From an uncultured Chloroflexia bacterium (GTDB lineage Bacteria; Chloroflexota; Limnocylindria; Limnocylindrales; CSP1-4), in NCBI GenBank assembly GCA_963813335.1, contig CAWEYL010000003.1, positions 192,001-256,000 on the forward strand: a DNA stretch of 64,000 bases, given 5' to 3'. Numbering within the stretch: position 1 is the stretch's first letter; each line of letters begins with the position of its first letter. Shown in pieces: positions 41,693 to 52,267 of this stretch. A model generated the notes under the pieces. That model made no database searches and had not been told where the DNA came from. It saw only the letters and a list, made by a program, of their open reading frames with translations. The translations under genes and the position numbers were made by a program.

Positions 41693-42151
41693 ATGCGCAT
41701 CGCGTTCGCTGCCGACCATGCCGGGGCCGCCCTCAAGGACGAGCTGCGCGCGCGGCTCGCGATCTCGGGCCTCGACCACGAGTGGATCGACCTCGGCGGC
41801 GACGGCTCGGACCCGCTCGACGACTACCCAGACTTCGCCGAGCGGCTCGGGCTCGCGGTCGCCGGCGGTGAGGCGGACCGCGGGATCTTGATCTGCGGCT
41901 CGGGCGTCGGCGCGAGCGTGGCGGCGAACAAGATCCGCGGCATCCGCTCGGCCGTCTGCCACGACACGTACTCGGCCCACCAAGGCGTCGAGCACGACGA
42001 CATGAACGTGCTGACGCTGGGTGCGCGGGTGATCGGCCCGGAACCCGCCTACGAATGCGCGGTCGCCTTCATCGGCGCCTCGTTCAGCGGCGAACCGCGC
42101 CACCGGCGCCGGCTCGACAAGGTCCTCGCCATCGAGGCCCGCGGGGACTGA
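41693..42151 (+). CDS. rpiB: Ribose-5-phosphate isomerase B
   Basis: ADHAG, DYPD, ICGSGVG..VAANK, HDDMNVL.LG, RHRRR. Confidence 0.95.
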   Translation: MRIAFAADHAGAALKDELRARLAISGLDHEWIDLGGDGSDPLDDYPDFAERLGLAVAGGEADRGILICGSGVGASVAANKIRGIRSAVCHDTYSAHQGVEHDDMNVLTLGARVIGPEPAYECAVAFIGASFSGEPRHRRRLDKVLAIEARGD

Positions 42152-42297
42152 CGCCGCTCCCCGTTCCCTCGCCGCCCGGCCGTGCGGCGTACCATGGGCC
42201 TCCGCTCAGCGATGGGCTCCGCCGTGCACGTTCCGGGACGTCGATACCGACCCGTAACCGTCCGTTCACACACGACTGCCTATCCTTCGGAGGCCAC

Positions 42298-44061
42298 ATG
42301 ACCGACTCCGCCTCGACCACCATCGACGCGCCCCAATTCGCCCTCGGCGACGGCGCCGCCGCGTTCGCCGCGGCCGTGGAGCGCGCCCGATCCGAGGACT
42401 GGGTCAACCGCCTCTTCGCCCGCGACGCGACGCTGTGGTCCTCCGACGCCCGCGTCCAGGAGGCCATCCTCGACCGGCTCGGCTGGCTCGACGCGCCGGC
42501 CCACTTCAGCGAGCGGACCGCCGGGCTCGAAGGCTTCGGCGACAGCGTGGTCGACGAGGGCTATACGACCGCGATCGTCGCCGGCATGGGCGGCAGCAGC
42601 CTCGCCCCGGACATCCTGCATCGCACGTTCGGCAGCCAGGATGGCTACCTCGCCCTGCGGATCCTCGATTCGACCGACCCGGCGTACGTGGCGGCGACGC
42701 TCGACGACCTCGATCCGCTCAAGACGCTGATGATCGTCGCCAGCAAGTCCGGCACCACCACCGAGCCGAATGCCTTCCTCGCCTACCAGTGGAAGCGGGT
42801 CCAGGACGCCCTCGACGCCGTCGGGCATCACACCTACGACCGGCCCGGCGCCTTCTTCGCGACCGTGACCGACCCGGGCAAGAGCCTCGACGCGATCCCC
42901 CATCACGACGACTTCCGCGAGGTCTTCCTGAACCCGCCCGACATCGGCGGGCGGTACTCGGCGCTCACGTATGTGGGGCTCGTGCCGGCGTCGCTGATCG
43001 GGCTGGACCTCGACGCCCTGCTCGCCTCGGCGAGCACGATGGCCGGCGCCTGCCGAAACCCGGACCCGGCGACCAACCCGGGTGTCTCGCTCGGCCTCGC
43101 CATCGGGAGCCTGGCCGCCAACGGGCGTGACAAGCTCACGTTCCTCGCCGACGACGAGATCGGCAGCTTCGGCGCCTGGCTGGAGCAGCTCATCGCCGAG
43201 AGCACCGGCAAGCGCGGGGTCGGGATCGTGCCGATCGACCTCGAGCCGCTCGGCGGCGTCGCAGACTACGGCCCGGACCGCGTCTTCGTGCGCATCGACC
43301 TGGGCGAGTCCGACAACGGCGGACGAGACGAGCTCGCGGCGGCCCTCGAGGCGGCCGGCCATCCGGTGATCCGCATCTCGCTCACCGACCCGATCGACCT
43401 CGGCGCCGAGGCCTGGCGCTGGGAGATCGCGACGGCGGTCGCCGGGATCGTCCTCGGCATCGACCCGTTCGACCAGCCCAACGTCGAGGAGGCCAAGCAG
43501 CTGACCCGTGACCTGCTCGCCAAGGGCGGGACGGTCGAGACGGCGCCGCCACTGGCCGCCGACGGGCCGCTGACCCTCTACGGCGATGCCGCGCTCCGAC
43601 TCACGTCGGGCGATGGCGGCGTCACCGGGGAGCTGGCCCGCCACCTGGCCCGCCGCAAGGCGAATGCCTACCTCGCCATCCAGGCATTCATCGACCCGAC
43701 GCCCGAGACGGACGCGGCCCTCGCCCGCATCCGCACGCTGCTGCGGGCGAAGACGGGTCGCGCGACCACCGCCGGCTACGGCCCGCGCTTCCTCCATTCG
43801 ACCGGGCAGCTCCACAAGGGCGGCGCCCCGATCGGCTGGTTCCTCCAGCTGACCGCGGACCACCCGGCCGACCGCGAGATCCCCGGCTGGCCGTACACCT
43901 TCGGGCAGCTCATCGACGCGCAAGCAGCGGGCGACCTCGCGGCCATCGAGTCGCACGACCTGCCGATCGTGCGGATCCACCTGGGCGCCGACCCGGCCGC
44001 CGGGCTGGCCGCGCTCGAGACCGCCCTCGCGACGGCGCTCGACCAGGCTCCGGAGGGCTGA
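42298..44061 (+). CDS. pgi: Glucose-6-phosphate isomerase (resembles the PGI half of Tal-Pgi fusions)
   Basis: RLGWL, GMGGSSL, SKSGTTTE, GGRYSAL, EQLIAESTGK, PFDQPNVEEAK, GPRFLHSTGQLHKGG. Confidence 0.88.
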   Translation: MTDSASTTIDAPQFALGDGAAAFAAAVERARSEDWVNRLFARDATLWSSDARVQEAILDRLGWLDAPAHFSERTAGLEGFGDSVVDEGYTTAIVAGMGGSSLAPDILHRTFGSQDGYLALRILDSTDPAYVAATLDDLDPLKTLMIVASKSGTTTEPNAFLAYQWKRVQDALDAVGHHTYDRPGAFFATVTDPGKSLDAIPHHDDFREVFLNPPDIGGRYSALTYVGLVPASLIGLDLDALLASASTMAGACRNPDPATNPGVSLGLAIGSLAANGRDKLTFLADDEIGSFGAWLEQLIAESTGKRGVGIVPIDLEPLGGVADYGPDRVFVRIDLGESDNGGRDELAAALEAAGHPVIRISLTDPIDLGAEAWRWEIATAVAGIVLGIDPFDQPNVEEAKQLTRDLLAKGGTVETAPPLAADGPLTLYGDAALRLTSGDGGVTGELARHLARRKANAYLAIQAFIDPTPETDAALARIRTLLRAKTGRATTAGYGPRFLHSTGQLHKGGAPIGWFLQLTADHPADREIPGWPYTFGQLIDAQAAGDLAAIESHDLPIVRIHLGADPAAGLAALETALATALDQAPEG

Positions 44062-44066
44062 CCTCG

Positions 44067-44972
44067 ATGCGCATCGGCTTCATCGGACTCGGGCGCATGG
44101 GCGCCAACATGGTCCGCCGGCTGGGCCGCGACGGGCACGAGATCGTGATCTTCAACCGGACCCCGGAGAAGACCACCGAGCTCGCCGGCGAGGGCCAGGG
44201 CGCGATGGCGACCTACTCGATCGCCGAGCTCGTCGAGCACCTGCCGAAGCCGCGCGCGGTCTGGATCATGGTCCCGGCCGGCGACGCCACCGAGGCGCAG
44301 ATCCACGAGCTCCTCGAGCACCTCGAGCCGGGCGACACGATCATCGACGGCGGCAACACCAACTTCCACGACGACGTCCGCCGCCACGCCGAACTCGCGG
44401 CCAAGGGCATCGGCTACGTCGACGCCGGGACCTCGGGCGGGATCTGGGGCCTCCAGGTCGGCTACTGCCTGATGGTCGGCGGCGACGCGGCGACGGTGAC
44501 GCCGCTCGAGCCGGTCTTCAAGACGCTCGCGCCGGACGGCGGCTACCTGCACGTGGGCGGACCGGGCGCCGGCCACTACGTGAAGATGGTCCACAACGGC
44601 ATCGAGTACGGCCTGATGCAGGCCTATGCCGAGGGCTTCGAGATCATGCACGCGAGCGACTACCCGCTCGACCTCGCGGCCATCTCGGAGCTGTGGATGC
44701 AGGGCTCGGTGGTGCGCTCGTGGCTGCTGGAGCTGGCCGGGCGGGCGTTCCGCGCCAACGGCCAGGACCTCGAGCACCTGAAGGGATTCGTGGCCGATTC
44801 CGGGGAGGGCCGCTGGACGGTCCAGGAAGCGATCGACCACGACGTCCCGGCGCCGGTCATCACCCTCTCGCTGCTGACCCGCTTCCGCTCGCGACAGGAC
44901 GACTCGTACGGCGCGAAGGTGCTGGCGGCGCTGCGCAACGAGTTCGGCGGTCACGAGGTCAAGAAGGAGTGA
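44067..44972 (+). CDS. gnd: 6-phosphogluconate dehydrogenase, decarboxylating (short type)
   Basis: GFIGLGRMG, IDGGN, GTSGG, KMVHNGIEYG, DSGEGRW, RNEFGGH. Confidence 0.95.
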   Translation: MRIGFIGLGRMGANMVRRLGRDGHEIVIFNRTPEKTTELAGEGQGAMATYSIAELVEHLPKPRAVWIMVPAGDATEAQIHELLEHLEPGDTIIDGGNTNFHDDVRRHAELAAKGIGYVDAGTSGGIWGLQVGYCLMVGGDAATVTPLEPVFKTLAPDGGYLHVGGPGAGHYVKMVHNGIEYGLMQAYAEGFEIMHASDYPLDLAAISELWMQGSVVRSWLLELAGRAFRANGQDLEHLKGFVADSGEGRWTVQEAIDHDVPAPVITLSLLTRFRSRQDDSYGAKVLAALRNEFGGHEVKKE

Positions 44973-44982
44973 GCCCACTCCG

Positions 44983-46674
44983 ATGGTGAAGACCGTGGGC
45001 GACCCGCCGGCGACCAAGGCGCCCCCTGGCAAGCCCGAGTCGAGCCCGCCCATCCCGGCCCGGCCCGCGCCGCGCGCCAAGGACGCGCCGCGGACGATGC
45101 GCGACCTGCGGATCGCCCAGCAGGGCAAGCGCCCGTCGCGGGCGAAGCCGATCGAGAACGTCCTCCGCGAGGGCCTCCGCCTGGAGCGCATGGCCGACCC
45201 GGCGATCCTGGTGCTGATGGGCGCGACCGGCGACCTCGCCCATCGCAAGGTGCTCCCGGCGCTCTACCAGCTGTGGCGGACGAACCTGCTCCCCCACGAG
45301 TTCGTGGTGCTCGCGGTCGGCCGCCGACCGTACGACGACGAGACGTTCCGTGCCGAGATCCGGACCTCGCTCCAGCAGTACAGCCGCGTCCTGCCGATCG
45401 ACGAGGCGGCCTGCGACTCGTTCGCTGAGCGGATCTGCTACCACCGCCTGGACTTCGCCGACAACGACGGCTTCGACGGGCTGGCGACCCGTCTCGACGA
45501 GCTCGACGAGGAGCGCGGCACCCGCGGCAACCGGCTCTTCTACCTCGCGACGCAGCCCTCGCAGTTCGCCGAGATCGTCGCCCAGATCGGGCGGGTCGGG
45601 CTGGACCACGAGCACCACGACGGCGGGTGGCGGCGGATCGTCATCGAGAAGCCGTTCGGCCACGACCTCGAGTCCGCGAAGCGGCTGAACCGCGAGGTCG
45701 GCAAGGTCTTCCGCGAGTCGCAGGTCTACCGCATCGACCACTACCTGGGCAAGGAGACCGTCCGGAACCTGCTGGTCTTCCGCTTCGGGAACGGCATCTT
45801 CGAGCCGCTGTGGAACCGCCGTTACGTGGACCACGTGCAGATCACCGTGGCCGAGTCGATCGGCATCGAGAACCGCGGGGCGTTCTACGAGGAGACCGGC
45901 GCGTCCCGCGACGTCCTCCAGAACCACCTGCTCCAGCTGGTCAGCCTCATCGCGATGGAGCCGCCCGCGACCTTCGATGCCGATTCGCTGCGCGACGAGA
46001 AGGTCAAGGTGCTGCGCGCCATCGCCAACGACCCCGGCGCTGCGGCCAGGGACGTCGTGCGCGGCCAGTACGGCCCCGGCTGGGTGGCGGCGACCAAGGT
46101 CCCGGCCTACCGCGACGAGCCCGACGTCGACCCGCACTCCGAGACCGAGACGTTCGTGGCGGCGAAGCTGACCATCGACGACTGGCGCTGGTCCGGCGTG
46201 CCGTTCTACGTCCGGACCGGCAAGCGCCTCCCGAAGCGCGCCACCGAGATCGCCATCCAGTACCGCGAGGTACCGCACCGGCTCTTCCGGGACGCCGCCG
46301 CCGACCCCGACCCGAACCTCCTCGTCATCCGCGTCCAGCCGGACGAGGGGATCATGCTGCGCTTCGGGGCCAAGGTCCCCGGGCTGGGCATGGACGTCCG
46401 GTCGGTCACGATGGACTTCACCTACGGGTCGGCGTTCAACGTGGACTCGCCCGACGCCTACGAGACGCTCATCCTCGACGCCCTCCAGGGCGACGCCTCG
46501 CTGTTCACCCGGGCCGACGAGGTCGAGGAGGCATGGAGCATCGTCGACCCGCTGATCGACGCCTGGGCGTCGAGCCCGGAGCCGGCGCTCCCGAACTACG
46601 ACGCCGGGACGTGGGGACCGCCGGAGGCCGACGAGCTGCTCGCCCGCGACGGACGGCGCTGGCGGCGGATCTAG
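44983..46674 (+). CDS. zwf: Glucose-6-phosphate 1-dehydrogenase
   Basis: GATGDLA, EKPFG, RIDHYLGKE, DVLQNHLLQ, RWSGVPFY. Confidence 0.97.
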   Translation: MVKTVGDPPATKAPPGKPESSPPIPARPAPRAKDAPRTMRDLRIAQQGKRPSRAKPIENVLREGLRLERMADPAILVLMGATGDLAHRKVLPALYQLWRTNLLPHEFVVLAVGRRPYDDETFRAEIRTSLQQYSRVLPIDEAACDSFAERICYHRLDFADNDGFDGLATRLDELDEERGTRGNRLFYLATQPSQFAEIVAQIGRVGLDHEHHDGGWRRIVIEKPFGHDLESAKRLNREVGKVFRESQVYRIDHYLGKETVRNLLVFRFGNGIFEPLWNRRYVDHVQITVAESIGIENRGAFYEETGASRDVLQNHLLQLVSLIAMEPPATFDADSLRDEKVKVLRAIANDPGAAARDVVRGQYGPGWVAATKVPAYRDEPDVDPHSETETFVAAKLTIDDWRWSGVPFYVRTGKRLPKRATEIAIQYREVPHRLFRDAAADPDPNLLVIRVQPDEGIMLRFGAKVPGLGMDVRSVTMDFTYGSAFNVDSPDAYETLILDALQGDASLFTRADEVEEAWSIVDPLIDAWASSPEPALPNYDAGTWGPPEADELLARDGRRWRRI

Positions 46675-46675
46675 C

Positions 46676-47917
46676 ATGGCCATCGACACCCCGGCCAAGG
46701 TCGGCGAGCCGGTCCTGCGCTGGTCCGGGCGCGCCGACAGCATCGCCGGCTGCGAGGCCCTGCTCGCGCGCATCTGGGCCAGCAAGGACCTGACGGTCAA
46801 GGCCGACGATGCGCCGGCCCGCCATATCGCCGCGCGGACCAGCGTGATGAACCTCGTGGTCGTCGCGCGGCGGCCCGAGGTCGCCGAGCATTGCGCCGCG
46901 ACCATCCAGGCGCTGACCGGCCGCCACCCGTCGCGGACCATGATCATCGGCTCGGCCGACCCGGACGGCCCGTCGTGGCTGGATGCCCGGGTCGAGGCCT
47001 TCTGCGTGCTGCCGCGCGAGGACGCCCCGGAGACCTGTGCCGAGATGATCCGCCTCACCGCCGGCGGTGAGGCCGGACGGCACCTCGGGGCGATCGCCAC
47101 CCCGCTCATCCTCCACGACCTGCCGGTCACGGTCTGGTGGCCGGGCGAGCCGCCGTTCGGGACGGAGCCGACCCGCGAGCTGCTCGAAGGCGCCGACCGC
47201 CTGGTCGTGGACGGGTCCACCTGGAGCGGCGACGGCCTGGCGCGGCTGGCCGAGATGGCGCAGCTCCTCTCGACGACCTCGATCTCGATCAGCGACTTCG
47301 CGCTCGTCCGCCAATCGCGCTGGCGCGAGGCGATCGCCTCGATCTTCGACGATCCGGACTTCCTCCCGTACCTGCGCTCGCTGCGCCGCATCGCGGTGAC
47401 CTTCGGGACGCACGACGAGGCCTGCGCGCCGCGGTCGGCGAACCTGGTCAAGCCGGTCTACCACGTGGGCTGGCTGGCCTCGCGGCTCGGGCTCTCCGTG
47501 GTCAAGCCGCTGACCGAGGTGGCGGGGCACGGACCCGCGACATCGAGCCGGCCGGTGCGCGGTCCCGGCGCCAAGCCGGTCGTCGGCCGCGGGCTCGCCG
47601 CGACGCTCTCGGACGGCCGGAGCGAGGTCGGGGTGGTGGTCCGGCCCACCGTCTCGACGATGCCGGCCGGGACCACGTTGCGCGTCGAGCTGCTGGCGGA
47701 GCGACGGGGCTCGGAGCTGCGCGCCGACGTCACGGCCGAGGCCGAGACCGTCCACGTCCGGGTCTGGCAGGACGGGGTGGAGGCGCTCGAGCGGCACTTC
47801 CTCGCCCCCCGCCGGACGGAGGTGGACCTGCTCGCCGAGGCGATCGAATCCGGCCGACGCGACCCGGTGGCGGTCGGCGCGCTCCGGTCCGCGGCCGCGC
47901 TGACCGGCCTGACGTGA
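46676..47917 (+). CDS. opcA: G6PDH assembly protein OpcA
   Basis: HPSR, LILHDLPVTVWWPG, RLVVD, WRE.IA..FD, GWLASRLG; directly after zwf. Confidence 0.88.
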   Translation: MAIDTPAKVGEPVLRWSGRADSIAGCEALLARIWASKDLTVKADDAPARHIAARTSVMNLVVVARRPEVAEHCAATIQALTGRHPSRTMIIGSADPDGPSWLDARVEAFCVLPREDAPETCAEMIRLTAGGEAGRHLGAIATPLILHDLPVTVWWPGEPPFGTEPTRELLEGADRLVVDGSTWSGDGLARLAEMAQLLSTTSISISDFALVRQSRWREAIASIFDDPDFLPYLRSLRRIAVTFGTHDEACAPRSANLVKPVYHVGWLASRLGLSVVKPLTEVAGHGPATSSRPVRGPGAKPVVGRGLAATLSDGRSEVGVVVRPTVSTMPAGTTLRVELLAERRGSELRADVTAEAETVHVRVWQDGVEALERHFLAPRRTEVDLLAEAIESGRRDPVAVGALRSAAALTGLT

Positions 47918-48735
47918 GCGACACGCTGCCCGCCGCGGACGAGCCCGAGATCCGGGTCGTCGCGGACCCCGCGACCGCCTCCGCGCTCGCGGCGGAGCTG
48001 ACCGCGGCGTGGCTCACCGAGGCGGTGGCAGACCGCGGCCGCGCCGACTGGACGACCACCGGCGGGTCCTCGCCCATCGGGATGTATCGGCGCCTCATGC
48101 GGCCGCCACTGGTGGACCAGGTCCCCTGGTCCGAGGTCCGCGTCTGGTGGGGCGACGACCGCTTCGTGGGCCGCGACCACCCGCTCTCGTGCGTCAAGGC
48201 GCTGGACGACATCCTGCTCGGGATCGGGCGGACCGAGGAGGGCACGGCCGGCGGCGCCGTCGAGGTCGGGATCCCTGCGGCGAACGTGCATCCATTCCCC
48301 ACCGGCGAGGCGATCGGCCGCTCGCTCGGCGCCGACTGGTGCGCGACCCAGCTGGCCGCCACCCTCCGATCCGACGGGCCGCCGTTCGCGGGCGGCTGGC
48401 CCGCCTTCGACGTGCTCATGCTGGGGATGGGCGCCGACGGCCATGTCCTCTCGGTCTTCCCGGGCTCGGCGGCCTTCGACTCGACCGAGCTCTGCCTCGC
48501 GATCCCGGCGCCCACGCACATCGAGCCACATGTCGAGCGGGTGACGATGAACCCCGCGGTCATCGGCGCCGCCCGGCGCGTCCTGGTGGTCACGACCGGG
48601 CCGGGCAAGGCCGCCATCCTGGCCGACGTCTTCGGCGACGCCCGCGACCCGCGCCGCTGGCCCGCCCAGCTGGCCAGGATCCCGACCGCCACCTGGATCC
48701 TCGACGAGGCCGCGGCCGCGGGACTCGCGCGCTGA
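47914..48735 (+). CDS. pgl: 6-phosphogluconolactonase
   Basis: TGGSSP, WWGDDRFV, FDVLMLGMGADGHVLSVFP, RVTM, GKA. Confidence 0.9.
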   Translation: MSDTLPAADEPEIRVVADPATASALAAELTAAWLTEAVADRGRADWTTTGGSSPIGMYRRLMRPPLVDQVPWSEVRVWWGDDRFVGRDHPLSCVKALDDILLGIGRTEEGTAGGAVEVGIPAANVHPFPTGEAIGRSLGADWCATQLAATLRSDGPPFAGGWPAFDVLMLGMGADGHVLSVFPGSAAFDSTELCLAIPAPTHIEPHVERVTMNPAVIGAARRVLVVTTGPGKAAILADVFGDARDPRRWPAQLARIPTATWILDEAAAAGLAR

Positions 48736-48739
48736 CCCG

Positions 48740-49579
48740 ATGAGCTGGCCGGAAGGGGTCGCGGCGCGCCATATCCCCGCGCCGGACGGCGTCCCGATCG
48801 GGGTCTTCACGAGCGGCACCGGGCCGCCGCTGGTCCTCGTCCACGGCACGGCCGGCGACCACACGACATTCCGGATCGTCGGGCCGATGCTGGCGGGCGT
48901 CCGGACGGTCCACGCGGTCGACCGCCGCGGACGCGGCGCCTCCGGCGACGCCGAGCCATACGCGATCGAGCGCGAATACGACGACCTGGCCGCGGTCGCG
49001 AGGGCGATCGCCGACGCGGACGGCCGGGCGGTCGAGGTCGTGGGGCATTCCTACGGCGGCCGTTGCGCCCTTGGCGCGGCGCTGCGGACCGACGCGATCG
49101 CCCGGGTCGTCTGCTACGAGGGCGCGCCCTCGCCACCCGACGTGCCCTACCAGACCGCTGGCCTCGCGGCCGACCTGCGCCGACTCCTCGATGCCGACGC
49201 GAACGACGAACTCTACGCCGCGTTCCTGACGCGGGTCGTGGGCATGTCCGCGGCCGAGCTGGCCGCCTACCGGGCGGACCCGGTCTGGCCGGTCCGGGTC
49301 GCCACGGCCGCGACCATCGTCCGCGAGCTCGAGGCGGAACGGACGCCCGCCGCGGGGCTCGACGCCCTGGCCGGGGTCCGCCAGCCGGTCCTGCAGATCC
49401 TCGGCGGGGAGAGCCTGCCCGCCTTCGCCCGCGCGACCGCGGCGCTCGACGCGCGGCTGGCGGACGGCCGCGTCACGGTCATCCCGGGCGCCCGGCATGC
49501 CGCCCATCACACCCATCCCGAGGCGTTCGTGGCGGCCGTGCTGGGCGATGACGACCGTCCGGCTCCCGTGCGAGACTGA
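48740..49579 (+). CDS. Alpha/beta fold hydrolase
   Basis: LVHG, DRRGRGASGD, GHSYGG, catalytic His near the C-terminus. Confidence 0.9.
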   Translation: MSWPEGVAARHIPAPDGVPIGVFTSGTGPPLVLVHGTAGDHTTFRIVGPMLAGVRTVHAVDRRGRGASGDAEPYAIEREYDDLAAVARAIADADGRAVEVVGHSYGGRCALGAALRTDAIARVVCYEGAPSPPDVPYQTAGLAADLRRLLDADANDELYAAFLTRVVGMSAAELAAYRADPVWPVRVATAATIVRELEAERTPAAGLDALAGVRQPVLQILGGESLPAFARATAALDARLADGRVTVIPGARHAAHHTHPEAFVAAVLGDDDRPAPVRD

Positions 49580-49584
49580 GCGAC

Positions 49585-49845
49585 ATGCTGGACATGGGCT
49601 GGCTCGGCTGGATCGTCGTCGGCCTCCTGGCGGGCGCGATCTCGGGAGCCATGCTCGGGGGGACGACCGCGCGCGGCTGCCTGCCGAACGTGGTCGTCGG
49701 CATCCTCGGCGGCGTGCTGGGCGGCTGGCTGGCGACGCAGATGGGCTTCGGGCCCGCGCAGGGCTTCCTCGCCGCGCTGGTCGTGGCGATCCTCGGCTCG
49801 CTCGTCGTCCGCCTCGTCCTGAACGCCATCTCCACCAAGGACTGA
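49585..49845 (+). CDS. GlsB/YeaQ/YmgE family membrane protein
   Basis: WIVVGLLAGAI...NVVVGILGGVLGGWL. Confidence 0.85.
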   Translation: MLDMGWLGWIVVGLLAGAISGAMLGGTTARGCLPNVVVGILGGVLGGWLATQMGFGPAQGFLAALVVAILGSLVVRLVLNAISTKD

Positions 49846-49895
49846 CCCGTGCCCGGCGGACCGACCGGGCGCCCGATGTGGACTACCATCGACGC

Positions 49896-51032
49896 ATGAG
49901 CGACGCCGCGACCACCGCCCCTCCCGCAACCGCGACACCGGCCGCGGAGCCGGCCTACTCCCCGGGGCTGGCCGGGGTCATCGCCGGCGAGACGGCCCTC
50001 AGCCTGGTTGACGGCGAGCGCGGCCGGCTCCTCTATCGCGGCTACCGCATCGGCGACATCGTCGACCACGGCTCCTACAGCGCCGTGGCCAACCTGCTGT
50101 GGACCGGCGACTGGGATCCGGCGGCGCGCCTCGCCACCGCGCCCGTGCCGCCCGAGGTCATGACGGTCCTGCGCACGCTGCCGCCCACCACCAAGCCGAT
50201 GGACGCGCTGCGGACCGCCGTCTCGGCCTGGGGCGCCGTCCAGAACCCGACGTGGCCGCCGACCGTCGATCAGGCGCGCGCGATCACGGCCGCCTCCCCA
50301 TCCGCGCTGGCCGCGTTCGCCCGGCTGCGCCAGGGCCTCGAGCCGATCGAGCCGGACCCCTCGCTCGACCTGGTCTCCGGCTTCCTCTACCAGATCAACG
50401 GCGTGGTGCCGGAGCCAGCGACCGCCAAGGCCCTCGACGCGTACTTCATGGTGGGCGCGGAGCACAGCTTCAACGCCTCGACCTTCACCGCCCGGGTCGT
50501 GATCTCGACGCGGTCGGATATCGCCTCGGCGGTCGCCGCGGCCATCGGCACGATGAAGGGCCCGCTCCATGGCGGCGCCCCGACCGAGGTGGTCGACCAG
50601 CTCTCCCAGATCGGGACGCCCGAGCACGCCGAGGCGTGGCTGAACGGTGCGCTCGATCGCGGCGAGCGGCTGATGGGCTTCGGCCATCGCGTCTACCGCG
50701 CCTACGACCCGCGCGCGGCCGCGCTGCGCAAGGTCGCCGAATCCATGCCGAACGCGCCCGACTGGCTGCAGACCGCGATCGCCGTCGAGGATGTCGCCCT
50801 GCGCGTGCTGGCGGAGCGACATCCGGAGCGGGCCCTCAAGACCAACGTGGAGTATTACGCGGCCCCGGTCCTGCTCGGCGTCGGGCTCTCGCCGGACCTC
50901 TTCCCGGCGACGTTCTCGCTCGCACGCCACGCGGGCTGGACCGCGCATGCCCTCGAGCAGGCCGGCGCCGACCATCTGATCCGCCCGTCCGTCCGCTACA
51001 TCGGCCCCGCGGAGCGCGATCTGCCCGCCTGA
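49896..51032 (+). CDS. Citrate synthase / methylcitrate synthase
   Basis: GLAGVIAGET, LLYRGY, AEHSFNASTF, GPLHGGA, MGFGHRVY..DPR, NVEYY. Confidence 0.93.
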   Translation: MSDAATTAPPATATPAAEPAYSPGLAGVIAGETALSLVDGERGRLLYRGYRIGDIVDHGSYSAVANLLWTGDWDPAARLATAPVPPEVMTVLRTLPPTTKPMDALRTAVSAWGAVQNPTWPPTVDQARAITAASPSALAAFARLRQGLEPIEPDPSLDLVSGFLYQINGVVPEPATAKALDAYFMVGAEHSFNASTFTARVVISTRSDIASAVAAAIGTMKGPLHGGAPTEVVDQLSQIGTPEHAEAWLNGALDRGERLMGFGHRVYRAYDPRAAALRKVAESMPNAPDWLQTAIAVEDVALRVLAERHPERALKTNVEYYAAPVLLGVGLSPDLFPATFSLARHAGWTAHALEQAGADHLIRPSVRYIGPAERDLPA

Positions 51033-51038
51033 CCCCTG

Positions 51039-52041
51039 CTACAGCCAGCCGCGGCGCCGGAAGTAGGCGACGAGGGCGATGAGCAGGATGCCCATCAGCA
51101 GCAGGATCCCCAGGAACGCGAACTCGGCCGTCTGCCCGGGGACCGGCACGTTCATCCCGAAGATGCTCGCGATCAGCGTCAGCGGCAGGAGCACGACGCT
51201 CGCCGCGGTCAGGATCCGGAACGAATCGTTCAGCCGGTGCGACAGCACCGATTCGTTGGTGGACTCCAGCGCCTCGATGACCTCCTTGTGGTTCTCGAGC
51301 GTGTCCCAGATCCGCTCGGCCGCGTCGGAGATGTCGTCGAAGTAGATCTCCAGCTCCTCCTGGAGATAGCGCTGCTTCGTCCGCTCGAGCTCGCGCAGGA
51401 CGGCGCGCTGGGGCCGGACGATGCGCCGGAAGTTGATGATCTCCTGCTTCGCTTCGGAGATGTCCCGCACGATCTCGCCCGATCGCCCCTCGAAGATGTC
51501 GTCCTCGATGCGGTCGAGCTTCATCTCCATCTTGCGCAGCATCGGGAACGAGGCGTCCACGCAGGTGTCGACGATCTTGTAGAGCAGATAGCCCGTCCCC
51601 TTCGAGAAGGTCGCCTCGCGCAAGTCCGCCTTCTCGCGATAGCGCTCGAACATCGCGGTCAGCGGCGGGAGCGGCATGTTCGGCAGCGTGATGAGGTAGT
51701 CCGGGCCCATGAACAGGTCCATCTCCGCCGTCAGGATCCGCGAGGTCTCCTTCTCGTAGAGCGGGAAGTGCAGGACGATGAAGACGTAGTCGTCGTACTG
51801 GTCCAGCTTCGGGCGGTTGTTGCGCGAGTAGACGTCCTCGTAGTCGAGCGGGTGGAAGTCGAAGTTGTCCTCCAGCCAGTCGCGGTCGGACGTGCGCGGC
51901 GATTCGATGTGGATCCAGCGGATGCCGGACGCCTCGATGATCTCGGGTGCCGCGACCTCGGGCTGGAGCGTCGGGCGCCACGCCGCCGCGCGCTCGGCGG
52001 CCGCGCGGTCGCGGGAGGGGCGGCAGGACGAGGTTCGGCAC
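51039..52041 (-). CDS. corA: CorA family Mg/Co transporter; probable GTG start 52041 with a +1 frameshift near 51975
   Basis: FHPLDYED, RPKLD, LTLIASIFGMN, FRRRGWL; TACGAT-N6-GTG at 52041 lies one frame off. Confidence 0.85.
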
Positions 52042-52114
52042 GCAGCCATCGTAGCGGTCACCGCGCGACGCGCGACGCCCCGCGCGACGTCTCGCAGTAA
52101 TGAGTACAGTCGTA

Positions 52115-52140
52115 TCTGACAATTCGAAGTCTTCTGACAA
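52115..52140. promoter_or_regulatory. Direct repeat TCTGACAA-N10-TCTGACAA in a divergent promoter region
   Basis: Copies at 52115-22 and 52133-40 in an AT-richer patch. Confidence 0.4.
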
Positions 52141-52267
52141 CACAACCACGGGCCCCGACCGGGGCGTCCCCCGAACGGTGGGCCCGCGGCAACCGACGGA
52201 TGATCGCCGTCCGATCGCCTTGTGGAGGGATGACGATGACGACGACACCGCCGGACGACGCGCCGCG

